Below, piece after piece: positions 8,615 through 18,836 of a DNA stretch of 64,000 nucleotides; position 1 is the stretch's first letter; each line of letters begins with the position of its first letter. Source of the stretch: a virus; IMG/VR virus record IMGVR_UViG_3300021466_000176. The stretch is one strand, 5' to 3'. The position numbers and the translations under genes are program-made. Under the pieces are notes generated by a model. That model saw nothing but the letters and a program-made list of their open reading frames with translations. It ran no database searches and was not told the origin of the DNA.

Positions 8615-9211
8615 ATGTATCGCTCAGGGCATATCGGTGTGAACCTGCTTTTCATGTCGCTATTAACGCTGTTTTTGCTTCCGGGTAGTGTGGTGCTGTT
8701 CATCGTAGCGTTCCTGCTGCTTGGTCGTATCGAGTGCCTTCCGGACCGTGATCAGCGTATTCCTATGTTGAAGCATCGTGGGTTTACCCATACGTTTGTT
8801 TTCGCACTCCTGATGGGCGCTGGTACCGGGTTGGCGTCGTATCTCTTCGCCTCGGCAGACCCCAATGCGTTCGTAAACTACGTGTTACGGACAGTCAATC
8901 AGTTACCCGTTGTTGCGTTGGATACCGGAGTCACGTCGATGCCGCTGTTCCCTGATCCGGTCGTGTTCGGGATGTTCGGCTTTTCCATCGGCACGTTAGG
9001 TATTGTCTCGCATATAGCGGGCGATATTTTTACTCCATCCGGGATCGCTTTCCTGTGGCCGATAACGAGCAAGCGGTACACGTTGAACTGGTGGAACGCA
9101 GCGAGTCCAGTGGCAAACAAGGGACTGTTGATTACTGGATGGATCGTGTTCGGAGCGACGTTGCTATTGGTTGGTGGACGAATTCTAATGGGGTGGATAC
9201 CCTTCCTGTGA
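8615..9211 (+). CDS. YdjM-like membrane-bound metal-dependent hydrolase
   Basis: N-terminal GH, LPDRD, HRGFTHT, SHIAGDIFTPSGI motifs; several hydrophobic helices. Confidence 0.85.
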   Translation: MYRSGHIGVNLLFMSLLTLFLLPGSVVLFIVAFLLLGRIECLPDRDQRIPMLKHRGFTHTFVFALLMGAGTGLASYLFASADPNAFVNYVLRTVNQLPVVALDTGVTSMPLFPDPVVFGMFGFSIGTLGIVSHIAGDIFTPSGIAFLWPITSKRYTLNWWNAASPVANKGLLITGWIVFGATLLLVGGRILMGWIPFL

Positions 9212-9218
9212 TGAGCAG

Positions 9219-9512
9219 TCACTGGATCAGACCTTCGATTGTTTCTATCTCCGTATCGTCAACGAGAAGCTCGACGTTCGATTGTGAGGCGTTTTCCACC
9301 CAGGGGAGGATAACTTCCCCATCGAAATCGAAACCGTGCTCATAGCCGGAAACTCGTCCATAGCAGATGGATGTGCCTTGGAGGGCAACCACTCCACTGC
9401 CTCGCTGAATCGTTACGTCTCCGCGATCGTGTTGAACAGCCGGTCCGCCGACGATAACAGCGTATCTCGCTTCGCCGTTCGATCCGTCTACCAGTAGTTC
9501 TCTGTCTGGCAT
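9219..9512 (-). CDS. Hypothetical protein, last gene of the late operon
   Basis: 97-aa ORF converging on the + strand block. Confidence 0.55.
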   Translation of the reverse strand: MPDRELLVDGSNGEARYAVIVGGPAVQHDRGDVTIQRGSGVVALQGTSICYGRVSGYEHGFDFDGEVILPWVENASQSNVELLVDDTEIETIEGLIQ

Positions 9513-9538
9513 ACTTCCAGGATAACCGCTGTAGGAAG

Positions 9539-10837
9539 TTAACCCTTCAGCGGCACCCTGTGAACTTCGTCGTATAAGGATCCGGCGGCGTTTCCCGCGT
9601 GGTACCCGATCCCACCATCCGGAAGTTCCCCCGATCCGACCGTATCCTGTGTCGGAGCAGTGCTTGTTATTTCCGTACCGGCAGCATCATACAGTACTGC
9701 TTGTTTGTTTCCGTTCCCGTAGAACCGACCTCCGACAATATACTCGGTATTTTCGTTTACGGTCTGGGTAACACTATTGAGCGTGTAAAAGTTTCCATCC
9801 TGTAACTTCTTGAATTCTACGTCATCTGCTGCGTCTACCTCAATGAAGTAGGTCGCATCGAAGGATCCTCCTTCGGTCTGAGTTTTAAACGCGACCCGAA
9901 CGAACCTCGATCCTGTTATCTGGGCGTGGGTGCGATACTCGTACCCGTCCGTCACTACCCCGAGTGTATCAGTCCCCATCCACCCGTACGGATCGACGCT
10001 TTCGAACGATTGTGACCCGACTAATGGCGATGACGTATTGACAGTGAAGTCTCCCGTCGTACCCTGGTAATCCGCGATTGGGTCGGCACGCTCTACGTCT
10101 TCAAAGGTCGCTGTCGGTTTAATCCAATTCGAAGCTCCGATACCGTTCGATCCGAGGTCGTCTATCCACGATACAACGCTGCTTTGCCCCCATCCGTTGT
10201 TATAGGAAGCGAACTCGATCAGTTTGATATCAGTACCCACTTTCAACGGACGTGGACTGGAAGTGAACGTGACGCCATCCTCTTCGCTTGTGAACGTGAC
10301 TGTGAACTCCGAGTTCGCCCAATCGAAGTCGATGATGATTTCAACCCAGTGATTGTATCCGTTCCCCGGATCATTGGCAGTCGCAGACCCGTTGGCGTCG
10401 TCTATCTCCCATTGTGGGTTGTTGGATGCAACACCTGCTTCATACGAACCGTTGGAGTTCCTGAGTCTGAAGCCCTGGCCTGTTGAGCCGGCGGTTTCTT
10501 GAAAGTAAAGCGTTATCCTGCTGGGTTGGGTGTGTGGGTCCAGAGCGCGTTCACTGATCGTGGATGTGTCGCTCGTGTCGGTGCCGCTGGTTGTATTTAT
10601 GTACCCGGCGTAGGTTCCGGATCGAGGGCGGTCAGTCACCGCTGTGAACCTCGCGTCGTAGGCTGTCCACCTACTTACGTCTCCTTGTTCGAACCGTCCG
10701 ATCTCCCTTGGAGTGTGAATTCCTACCAGGTTCCCGTTCCGATTGAGGTAGACATCAGCATACTTCGCTGTTCCAGCGTCGTTCACTGTCGGATCGACGC
10801 GTTCGGCTATACCGTTGTTGTTTCGGTAAATAGGCAT
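9539..10837 (-). CDS. Putative tail-associated lectin-like (beta-sandwich) protein
   Basis: Shares a domain with 13443..15611 (FQET..STGQGFRL..NNPQW..HWVEIIIDFDW vs FHET..SYGGGIRL..DNPQW..RWILAEIDFDW). ATG 10837 chosen. Confidence 0.6.
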   Translation of the reverse strand: MPIYRNNNGIAERVDPTVNDAGTAKYADVYLNRNGNLVGIHTPREIGRFEQGDVSRWTAYDARFTAVTDRPRSGTYAGYINTTSGTDTSDTSTISERALDPHTQPSRITLYFQETAGSTGQGFRLRNSNGSYEAGVASNNPQWEIDDANGSATANDPGNGYNHWVEIIIDFDWANSEFTVTFTSEEDGVTFTSSPRPLKVGTDIKLIEFASYNNGWGQSSVVSWIDDLGSNGIGASNWIKPTATFEDVERADPIADYQGTTGDFTVNTSSPLVGSQSFESVDPYGWMGTDTLGVVTDGYEYRTHAQITGSRFVRVAFKTQTEGGSFDATYFIEVDAADDVEFKKLQDGNFYTLNSVTQTVNENTEYIVGGRFYGNGNKQAVLYDAAGTEITSTAPTQDTVGSGELPDGGIGYHAGNAAGSLYDEVHRVPLKG

Positions 10838-10841
10838 GTGA

Positions 10842-12920
10842 TCACTGGTGTGGTTGGAACCAGATGTCCCCATCTCTCCAATCGGTCGGTTCCGTATCCG
10901 ATTCGAACAGTGCTCCCGCTGGAGGGTCCGATTGGTCGAGGGAATACGTTCCTTCGTTGTCCACGTACCGGTTCCCGGACCCCGAAATCTCGAATATGAT
11001 TCGGGTGTTGGTGTTCGAACCGTCGGCTATAATGACGTTCCGGGCAATGTAGCTGTCCGAAACCTCAGTGCCTGTGGAACCGATGTCGTTGAGGAATATA
11101 CCTCCGTCGTTACCGAGGTTTCGAAATACGTTTCCAACGACCGTGAGATCAGTTGAGTCGTCGATTTCGAACCCGTAATCACTTCCACCGACAACGGTAT
11201 TGTTCTTGTAGACATCGCCGGTTCTACCTTCTGCTTCGATGACGGGTTCGATTGCGTTGCGGACGAGGTTCCCAACTACTTCGACCGTTTCAGCAATGTA
11301 GTCCGGGTTGATATCGAACAGTTCATATCCGTTTACTGCTGTGTTATTAGCGACTCTGATATGTTCGGAATTGCCGGCTCCGGATCCCCCACGGAATATT
11401 GCCCCCCGTAGCCCTTCCATTGTACAGCCTTCTATCACTAATTCACGGTTTTCAGTGTCGTCTCTGTGATTGAAGAAGGTGGTAGTATTGTTGTCTTGTC
11501 CTTTCCCGCGACCCCGGCAGTTCCGGATCTCGGTTTTCCTACACCCTGTCACGAACACGGTATCGTAATCAGCTACCAGTTCCCCAGTACACCCTCTGAA
11601 TGATAGTTCGTGACATTTCGGGTGTGAGTCGAAGAGGTGGTTTGCTACAGTACTTTCTTCGGGCTGTCTGGCGTCTACGTTGACGATTTCGAGTCCTTTA
11701 CCCTGAGCGCCATTCGTTCCCGTTACGGCGGTCGCGTGTCGGCAGGACAGTATCGTTCCGTCCCGAATTTCACACATCGTCGATCCCCCGGAGAGCCACA
11801 CTCCATACCCGGTGCTACCTCCTGAAGTACTCCGTTGGGCGTGACGGATCTGGAAATCCGAGACCGAACAGTTATACGATCCATCGAACCGAACGCCGAA
11901 GTTATCACAGTGTTCTATATCGACGCCGCTTATCCAGAACTCATGACCGTGGAGAACATCGATACCACCACTGAGGCCGTCCCCTCCGGGTCCGATGAGA
12001 TTGAGGTCGTGGATCTCTCCCGTTACCGGAGTGATTGGGCGGACTCGTGCTGTATCAGCGGTCGGATAACCCTCGATGAGTGGGCCGTCGATATAGAGGA
12101 CATCGTTCGTCGTGTCCGCTGACTCTACTCGCTCGATTTCGCCTGTATCGGCGGATTCGTTCGGTGACCAGGCTACTTGCTTGGATACTTCTATGAGGTC
12201 TCCCTCGGAGAACACGCTCGCGTCAGTGACGCTCAGTTGACCATCACCTTGCGTTGCATCAGCAGTAAGATCCTGGTAGTTCCCTATTTGTCCTTGGCAG
12301 TGGAATATGTCCTCACCGGCGTTCGATTGTTGAATTGTTACCGTACCACGTATGACTTTCCCGTCGTAGACCGACAGTGGGGTGCTATCGATCTCGTAAT
12401 CCCCGGCGAAATAGATTTCTCCCTTCGCTGGAGCAGTGTCGATAGCTGCTTGGAGAACCCGACGACAATCAGCGTTCGTCTGTGCGTCACCAGTGTCGAT
12501 CAGTGTTCCATCACGATTGATAGCTGTTATCGTTCCTCCATCATCGTAGACGAGCGTGTCATGAGCGGAAACGATGCCCCGTCCCGGCTCGTACCCGAAC
12601 GACCCATCCGATTGTACGGTCGGGACGAATCCGGCAGTTGCGTTCTCCGAGTCGAGATCGGAGACCGGATGGGCGTCGGTGACCGATCCGATGCGGTTCC
12701 ATCCGTCACCTGCCGCGTTCGATTGATAAATATCGTTGTCGCCGTCGTTCTCGATGAAAACGACGTTAGCTCCCGGAGGTGTTGATTGTCGGTTCGCTCC
12801 GGCATCTACGTCGATCATCCGGGCGTCTATCTCATCGAAGTTATCGTTGAGGAACAGATGCCATTCGAGGTCGTGTTTCTCCCCTTTGATTAGTCCGAAC
12901 CGAGTGGTTTCCGGTGCCAT
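10842..12920 (-). CDS. Tail fibre/tailspike with right-handed parallel beta-helix
   Basis: LNDNFDEID N-terminal fibre motif, LQAAID beta-helix cap, PbH-like repeats (VVGNLVRN, VVGNVFRN), C-terminal GDIW. Confidence 0.8.
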   Translation of the reverse strand: MAPETTRFGLIKGEKHDLEWHLFLNDNFDEIDARMIDVDAGANRQSTPPGANVVFIENDGDNDIYQSNAAGDGWNRIGSVTDAHPVSDLDSENATAGFVPTVQSDGSFGYEPGRGIVSAHDTLVYDDGGTITAINRDGTLIDTGDAQTNADCRRVLQAAIDTAPAKGEIYFAGDYEIDSTPLSVYDGKVIRGTVTIQQSNAGEDIFHCQGQIGNYQDLTADATQGDGQLSVTDASVFSEGDLIEVSKQVAWSPNESADTGEIERVESADTTNDVLYIDGPLIEGYPTADTARVRPITPVTGEIHDLNLIGPGGDGLSGGIDVLHGHEFWISGVDIEHCDNFGVRFDGSYNCSVSDFQIRHAQRSTSGGSTGYGVWLSGGSTMCEIRDGTILSCRHATAVTGTNGAQGKGLEIVNVDARQPEESTVANHLFDSHPKCHELSFRGCTGELVADYDTVFVTGCRKTEIRNCRGRGKGQDNNTTTFFNHRDDTENRELVIEGCTMEGLRGAIFRGGSGAGNSEHIRVANNTAVNGYELFDINPDYIAETVEVVGNLVRNAIEPVIEAEGRTGDVYKNNTVVGGSDYGFEIDDSTDLTVVGNVFRNLGNDGGIFLNDIGSTGTEVSDSYIARNVIIADGSNTNTRIIFEISGSGNRYVDNEGTYSLDQSDPPAGALFESDTEPTDWRDGDIWFQPHQ

Positions 12921-12923
12921 GAT

Positions 12924-13421
12924 CTATTCCATCACTATGACGCCGTTCGGTCCGAACTGTGCGGTGATACCCCCGCCGTTCGTCGTCATTGGAAGATCCG
13001 GTGAATCGAGCACACAGAGCAACCGATCGATGCTATCGTCGTCACTTGACCCGACTCTCTGATAAATCAGCGCACCACCGATGGTGTCGTTATCTATTCC
13101 TTCCCATACGACTTTATCGGCGTTTGCATTGGCTGTATCGGCTGCTGGATCGACGGTTACGTATCCGGATTCGATGGTGAGGGTTCGCCGGCCGTAGTTG
13201 ACTCCGTTGAACTCGTCTGCTGGGGGTGTGCTCGAAGCTGTAGTGCCGAACACGTCCGATACAGTTTCCCTATCGGTCGCTGCTCCCGGGTCCGGATCAT
13301 CCATGAACGCCTGTGAATCAGCCGAATTGTTAACGAGAGCCAGTCTGATCGTGTCGTTTTCCCAATCAATACTTCCGTTGAGCAAGTACTGCTTCGCTGA
13401 ATTGAATACTACTGTTACCAT
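12924..13421 (-). CDS. Putative minor tail structural protein
   Basis: FNSAKQYLLNGSIDWENDTIRLALV...TNGGGIT pattern resembles phage minor tail proteins; lies among fibre genes. Confidence 0.6.
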   Translation of the reverse strand: MVTVVFNSAKQYLLNGSIDWENDTIRLALVNNSADSQAFMDDPDPGAATDRETVSDVFGTTASSTPPADEFNGVNYGRRTLTIESGYVTVDPAADTANANADKVVWEGIDNDTIGGALIYQRVGSSDDDSIDRLLCVLDSPDLPMTTNGGGITAQFGPNGVIVME

Positions 13422-13442
13422 TGTCGTACCTCTCTTCTGACT

Positions 13443-15611
13443 TCACGGGACGTGAGCGAAGTCGAACCTGGTGAGGGCATTGTTATCCCGCACACCCCAT
13501 CCCGAATCTGCGTAGTCATGAAGTGAGTTCCCTGTGTCGTCTTGTGCTGTATCGTCCGACACTATCAGGTTCCCGTTAGTGTCATACACTGCTATCGGAA
13601 GATCGTTCGATCCGTTGGGGAACCACTTGACCTCAAGTAAGAACCAATTTCCAGTGGCGAAACTCACTGAATCGACGCCACCGATGCGGTCCGGATTCCC
13701 GTTATCGATCCGATAGAGCAGGAATTTATTCAGTTCATTCTCAAGGAATAGCTCGTACCTATCGTCCGGATCGTTCGGATTGATGCCGAACCTGAGTTCC
13801 GAACGACCACCGCCACTCGTCGGTTTCATCCAGACACGGATGGTATCGCCGACATCCGGTATTCCAGGCCCATAACCCGGATACGTGTGGATGTATCTCG
13901 AATCAAGTTCAGTACACTCGACCGAATAGGACCCGTCTTTCGCATCAGTTGGGAACGACCAATCCGACGTGTTGTTGGATTCGTAATTCCCGACGATATC
14001 TCGGTGCTCGAACGAATCCAGGACAGTAAGTGCCTTTTCTACGTCTATGTTCTTCGCTACTGTATCCGTAGCGCCACCGTTATCTATAACGTTGAGAACT
14101 GCGGTGTAGGTCCCCGAACTTCCGTAAGACGCTTGTACGGTACTCCCAGTTGTATCTACTCTATTGTCGTCGTCGAAGTCCCATTGCCAGGTATCGATCG
14201 ACCCGTCCGGATCGCTCGACCCGGTGCCGTCGAACGTGATCGTTTCCCCCGCGCTCGGCGAGGAAGGGAAATATGTGTATGCTGCTGTCGGAGGTTCGTT
14301 CGGGGGAACTTCTATCCCCCGATCAGTGGTCATGAACTCGAACCACATATCTATCGATCCTCCCTCTCCCCAATTCTTCTGGTTATAATCCCATATCTCC
14401 ACTCCTCCTACGTCGGCCGGGTCTCCGTACGTCTCGTACGGGCCGAAGTTATGACTGGTCGCATCGTAGAGGTCAGTGAGTCGTACGTTGAATTCCGTCG
14501 GGTTGGTGGTCCAATCGAAGTCGATTTCTGCGAGTATCCACCTATCGTAAGTCTGTTCACGTTTGAGAACGGTCCATTGGGACTTCGATGATACGTTATC
14601 CCTGGATACTATCCACTGTGGGTTATCAGTACCCACGCCGAGTATGTTATTTCCGTTTCCATCGAACAGTCTAATCCCCCCTCCGTAGGAGGAGGTGGTT
14701 TCATGGAACACGAACGAGAAATCGGATAGCTGGTAGGCCGGATCGAAGTATTTTCCGGCTATCTTACTGTTCGATACTGGGTCTTTCGTATACCCGGAGT
14801 GGAGGCTTGCATAGACCCTATCCGTGACCACATCGAGCGCAGTCGAGTTGTCCAGTTCCCACCTTTCGAGTGGAGTTGCGCCCTCGAAATCCTCGAACAC
14901 TTCGCCGTCGATATTCCGGTGAACATCGACGGAATCCACATCAGCAACTGTGTCCGTATCAGCATAGAATTTTATCCCACCCGATTCGAACGCTCGATCC
15001 GGATCGATGCCGTTGAGTTCGAACAGGATTGATCCGTTTTCGGATTTCACCCGTCCGGTGAGTTCGAACTCCGATCCTGTGTCGTTTGTTTCGAGTTCCG
15101 CTATATATACGTCGTTTTCGGTAAGACTATACCCCACGGTATCGACCCGGGCTGTTAATTCTGCATCCCGGATGAGATACACTTCGTCATTTGTCAAGTT
15201 GAACTCGATCCCGTAGTAGTTATCGAACGATGTATCCTGTGAAAACGCACGGAGGTCCAGTTGACCTTGACCTACTGCAAGAGGTCTGAACTTGAACTGT
15301 ACCGTATCCCCTATAGTGGGGTATACGTTGTGGCGTGGTGGTTCGAACCCCGGGAGTCCGGGTTCGAGTGAGGCACACATCCCTCCGGTACCTGCTTGTG
15401 GACCATCGGCTCTGAGCCCATACGTCCCATCGATCGCAGCATCGGTCGCCGGTGTCCAGGGTCCGAGGTCATCGCTCCATGATGGGTTCGATCCATCCGG
15501 CGGGCCTTGGACGTACCCCCATCTGGTGAGCGTTCCGCTTTCCATCGAATCGAATTCGATTGGCGACCCGGAGGTCGTGACTCCATTGATCGGTTTCCAG
15601 AACATTGTCAC
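13443..15611 (-). CDS. Multidomain PKD/lectin-like virion protein
   Basis: Clear PKD domain (NEPPTAAYTY..ITFDGTGSSDPDGSIDTWQWDFDD..GTYTAVLNVIDNGG) among three beta-sandwich-like domains. Confidence 0.8.
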   Translation of the reverse strand: MTMFWKPINGVTTSGSPIEFDSMESGTLTRWGYVQGPPDGSNPSWSDDLGPWTPATDAAIDGTYGLRADGPQAGTGGMCASLEPGLPGFEPPRHNVYPTIGDTVQFKFRPLAVGQGQLDLRAFSQDTSFDNYYGIEFNLTNDEVYLIRDAELTARVDTVGYSLTENDVYIAELETNDTGSEFELTGRVKSENGSILFELNGIDPDRAFESGGIKFYADTDTVADVDSVDVHRNIDGEVFEDFEGATPLERWELDNSTALDVVTDRVYASLHSGYTKDPVSNSKIAGKYFDPAYQLSDFSFVFHETTSSYGGGIRLFDGNGNNILGVGTDNPQWIVSRDNVSSKSQWTVLKREQTYDRWILAEIDFDWTTNPTEFNVRLTDLYDATSHNFGPYETYGDPADVGGVEIWDYNQKNWGEGGSIDMWFEFMTTDRGIEVPPNEPPTAAYTYFPSSPSAGETITFDGTGSSDPDGSIDTWQWDFDDDNRVDTTGSTVQASYGSSGTYTAVLNVIDNGGATDTVAKNIDVEKALTVLDSFEHRDIVGNYESNNTSDWSFPTDAKDGSYSVECTELDSRYIHTYPGYGPGIPDVGDTIRVWMKPTSGGGRSELRFGINPNDPDDRYELFLENELNKFLLYRIDNGNPDRIGGVDSVSFATGNWFLLEVKWFPNGSNDLPIAVYDTNGNLIVSDDTAQDDTGNSLHDYADSGWGVRDNNALTRFDFAHVP

Positions 15612-18600
15612 GTAGGTGTGAGGATGAGATAGGAAACGGATGGGTCGGTGGCTGTCGTTCCGTCTTGGAAGACCTCTACTTCGTGTTCGCCTCTACTTTC
15701 GTTCCACCGGGCGCGAGCTGTCAGTGCGACTGTTTCCCCGTTTCCTCCAGGACCGAGCAGGACGCCGATTTCAGCTTGTGGGTCCGCCACTCCGGTGGTT
15801 ATAATAGCCGTATCACCGGATAGGGTCACCGAACCCGTTGTCGCAACGCCGATTCCGATGTCTATCGGGCTCCACTGTGTACCGTTCGATGTCGCAGTCA
15901 ATACCTCATCAACATTGCCGCTCGCGGCGGTGAGATCGGCTGCATCAACCGATCCGGTGACTGCGCTTCGAGCGTCGGTGTCGTTGTAAGGTTTTTCCTG
16001 GACGATAGTGCTTGACGCCACCGTGTCGATCGACGCTTCCGAGTTCTCGATGAAATTGTCGTATATCCTGTTGTTATCGGAGTTATTTCCGGTTTCGTTG
16101 ATTCCGACCTCCACATCGTCGTTTTCTCTGGCAGTATCGGTAATCTTGTTATCCGATACGATAGTGGACGTTACGTTATCGATCCAGATTCCGTAATCAT
16201 CCCCGTTGGAATTTTCCGTTCTACCGATATCCGTGAGATTGTTTCCGACGATGTGACAGGAGTCGGATTCGATCAGGACAATACCATGTGCGGGAATGTC
16301 ACTCACGTCGTTTGACGCGATCGATGCACTCAGGACGTTTTCGATGCTGATGCCCGGATGGGAGCCGTCATTAGCATAGCTTCCATCGACTCGCACCACG
16401 TTTCCGTTCACGTAGAGACTCCGGACGGTAGCGTCCGCGTTTTCCGGTTTGTATCGGACTAACTCCCCGGAATCACCGGTACAGACGTTCGATTTGATTG
16501 TTACCGATTCGAACGAATCGTACCCTACGTCTTCGTCCGTCGATCCTGGTCCGGCTCGGGAGAGATCGAACCCACCACAGTCAATGAACCAGTTACCAGT
16601 ACCGACGAGCGTACTGTCCGGAACCGTCCCGATCGAACCTACGCTGTAGGCATTGGTCTTCGAGAACCCTCGTGCATGGACTCTATTGGACTCTATCTCG
16701 CTGTATTTAGCTCCGCTAAGGATAGCGACCGCTCCGATGCCAGTTGCTCGGACGGTATTATCGCTCACTTCGACCTCTTGAGCGCCTTGTCCGATGCGTA
16801 TCGTCGCTCCAGTGCCTTCTCCATTAACGAAGTTAGAGTTCACTACCAACGAGCCCACTTGTCCGGTCGATCCGGATTCCGAATAGACACAATTCGAACT
16901 GTCCCGGATCGTGTTGTTTCGAACGGAAACGTCCGTCGAGGGGCCGATAACGTAGATCCCGTTCCCGGCCGTGTCGTCCATCGATCCCCCTATTATGGCG
17001 TCGTTAACCGACACTGTGTGGCTTCTTTCAATGACGATTCCCGCTGATCCACAGTTCGATATATCGACTTCCTCAACGGCGCTCTCGACCGCGTAGTCGA
17101 AGTGGATTCCAGTAGCTGATTGTGTTTGACTGTCCCCCTGTATCGTGAGTCCCGATACCGACCCGCTTTCGGAAGCGACCGGAATGAGAAGCGAGTCATC
17201 GGCAGTCGTGTACTGGTTCGATATCGGTTCATCGAAGAACACGAGGTTGTTATCCGTATCTACGTCGGTGATACGCTTAATCTCGCCCGTGTTGGAGGTA
17301 TCAGTCGAACTCCACGGTGAGGTACTGGTGAGTACCGCATATTCGTCTTCAGTGAACCTGGAGATGGCCGTGTTCGAAACGACGACTGATTCGGCGTTTT
17401 CCGGAACGTTCGAAACGATACTTGAGGAGTCCCCGGCTATTCCCTCCACTGTAATCGCTGGATTCTGATTGCCTGACCAGTTGATAGTCCCGTTCCCGGT
17501 GAGTTTCTTCCCGCCGTCCAGATGTATCGTGTTATCATCTGTGGAAGCAGGGGTGTGATCACCGGAGAGGAAGACGTGTCCGCCAGTGGGTGCTGCGTCG
17601 ATTCCAGATTGAATCACTCGGAGAACATCGGATGGGGTGGAAATGTCGCCTGTAGCGATCGTGCCGGATTTCCCCGCCGCATAGATAATGGAGTTCTTAT
17701 TGTATACTTTCACGTCCGGACCCGCCCGCCGGCCAGTGTCGGCTGCGTTCTCCGCGTCCTCCGTCATGATAGGACCTAAGAATATATCATAGGTCAGATT
17801 ATCCGTCCCGGAGGGTGGGGCTGCCGCGTACGTGATTTCCACTTCTGAATCCGTTTTCGCGGAAATATAGAAATCAGTCGATGCCGGCGATGAGGTCGGG
17901 ATGACAGCAGCTACGTTAGGCGTCTCACCCAGTGTGTGGGGGAGCGAGAACGTGGTCGTTTGTCCGTCCCCGGAGACGGTTACTTGCTCGGCGAGTGATT
18001 TATACCCGGGGAGGGGTTCCCAACTCGATACCCCATCACCGTCAGATGTTAACACTTCTCCAGAGTTCGCTGAACCGGAACTTAACGATGCAGCATTGAC
18101 TATCCCCCGGACGGCTTGCCGTGCCTCATCCGATGTGAAATACTCGTGTGGCGCTTGCGTACCGTGATCGAGGTGGTTATTGATAGTGTCGATGAAGTCC
18201 TGCTGTTCAGGGATGTCTTCGGTGCTCGCTATCCCACCCGTGATCTGGTTGCCGAATACGGTGAGGCTATCAGCGACATCGAGACTATCGACCGAAATCT
18301 CCCTGAGATCAGCAACAGCAGAGACCCGTCTGTCCCGTACGTCGTCCGTTGTATCGATGAACCCGGTATTGGTTCCGATCCAGACTTCGTGTAGGACTGC
18401 TCCGGGTTCCGGAGGGGTCGGCGGTGCTGGGCTCTCAGTTTCGAATCGGATTTTGTCTTCGGGCTGTGCGGGCTCCGGTTCTCCGAGTTCCTTCTTTATC
18501 TCACCGAATTCATTGATGTAAATGATCGCCTTACGGGGGAGCGAATCGTTCACATCCCCGGTGAAATCGACTGTCTTTCCGTTTGAACTGACGAATTCCT

Positions 18601-18757
18601 TCCCGACGAGTGCTTGTACAGCCTCCACATCAGTGGCGATGTTTATCGCTGAATTCTGTTTTTCGCCGCCACTAATGACGCCCGTCCCATCGAGTCGGTC
18701 GTATAGCTGCTGCCAATCTAAGGCGAAGCCTCCTTGTCCATCAGAAGGGCGGAACAT
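15608..18757 (-). CDS. Large tail fibre/tailspike with beta-helix
   Basis: IQSGID cap and many PbH-like repeats; paralogous to 10842..12920. ATG 18757 has GGTGA upstream. Confidence 0.8.
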   Translation of the reverse strand: MFRPSDGQGGFALDWQQLYDRLDGTGVISGGEKQNSAINIATDVEAVQALVGKEFVSSNGKTVDFTGDVNDSLPRKAIIYINEFGEIKKELGEPEPAQPEDKIRFETESPAPPTPPEPGAVLHEVWIGTNTGFIDTTDDVRDRRVSAVADLREISVDSLDVADSLTVFGNQITGGIASTEDIPEQQDFIDTINNHLDHGTQAPHEYFTSDEARQAVRGIVNAASLSSGSANSGEVLTSDGDGVSSWEPLPGYKSLAEQVTVSGDGQTTTFSLPHTLGETPNVAAVIPTSSPASTDFYISAKTDSEVEITYAAAPPSGTDNLTYDIFLGPIMTEDAENAADTGRRAGPDVKVYNKNSIIYAAGKSGTIATGDISTPSDVLRVIQSGIDAAPTGGHVFLSGDHTPASTDDNTIHLDGGKKLTGNGTINWSGNQNPAITVEGIAGDSSSIVSNVPENAESVVVSNTAISRFTEDEYAVLTSTSPWSSTDTSNTGEIKRITDVDTDNNLVFFDEPISNQYTTADDSLLIPVASESGSVSGLTIQGDSQTQSATGIHFDYAVESAVEEVDISNCGSAGIVIERSHTVSVNDAIIGGSMDDTAGNGIYVIGPSTDVSVRNNTIRDSSNCVYSESGSTGQVGSLVVNSNFVNGEGTGATIRIGQGAQEVEVSDNTVRATGIGAVAILSGAKYSEIESNRVHARGFSKTNAYSVGSIGTVPDSTLVGTGNWFIDCGGFDLSRAGPGSTDEDVGYDSFESVTIKSNVCTGDSGELVRYKPENADATVRSLYVNGNVVRVDGSYANDGSHPGISIENVLSASIASNDVSDIPAHGIVLIESDSCHIVGNNLTDIGRTENSNGDDYGIWIDNVTSTIVSDNKITDTARENDDVEVGINETGNNSDNNRIYDNFIENSEASIDTVASSTIVQEKPYNDTDARSAVTGSVDAADLTAASGNVDEVLTATSNGTQWSPIDIGIGVATTGSVTLSGDTAIITTGVADPQAEIGVLLGPGGNGETVALTARARWNESRGEHEVEVFQDGTTATDPSVSYLILTPT

Positions 18758-18836
18758 ATGTCTCACCAACTGTCATAGTAGCTGTAAAACTGGGACTTCT
18801 TCTCGTGGTCTCGAATTCTCTATCCATAGTTATTTG

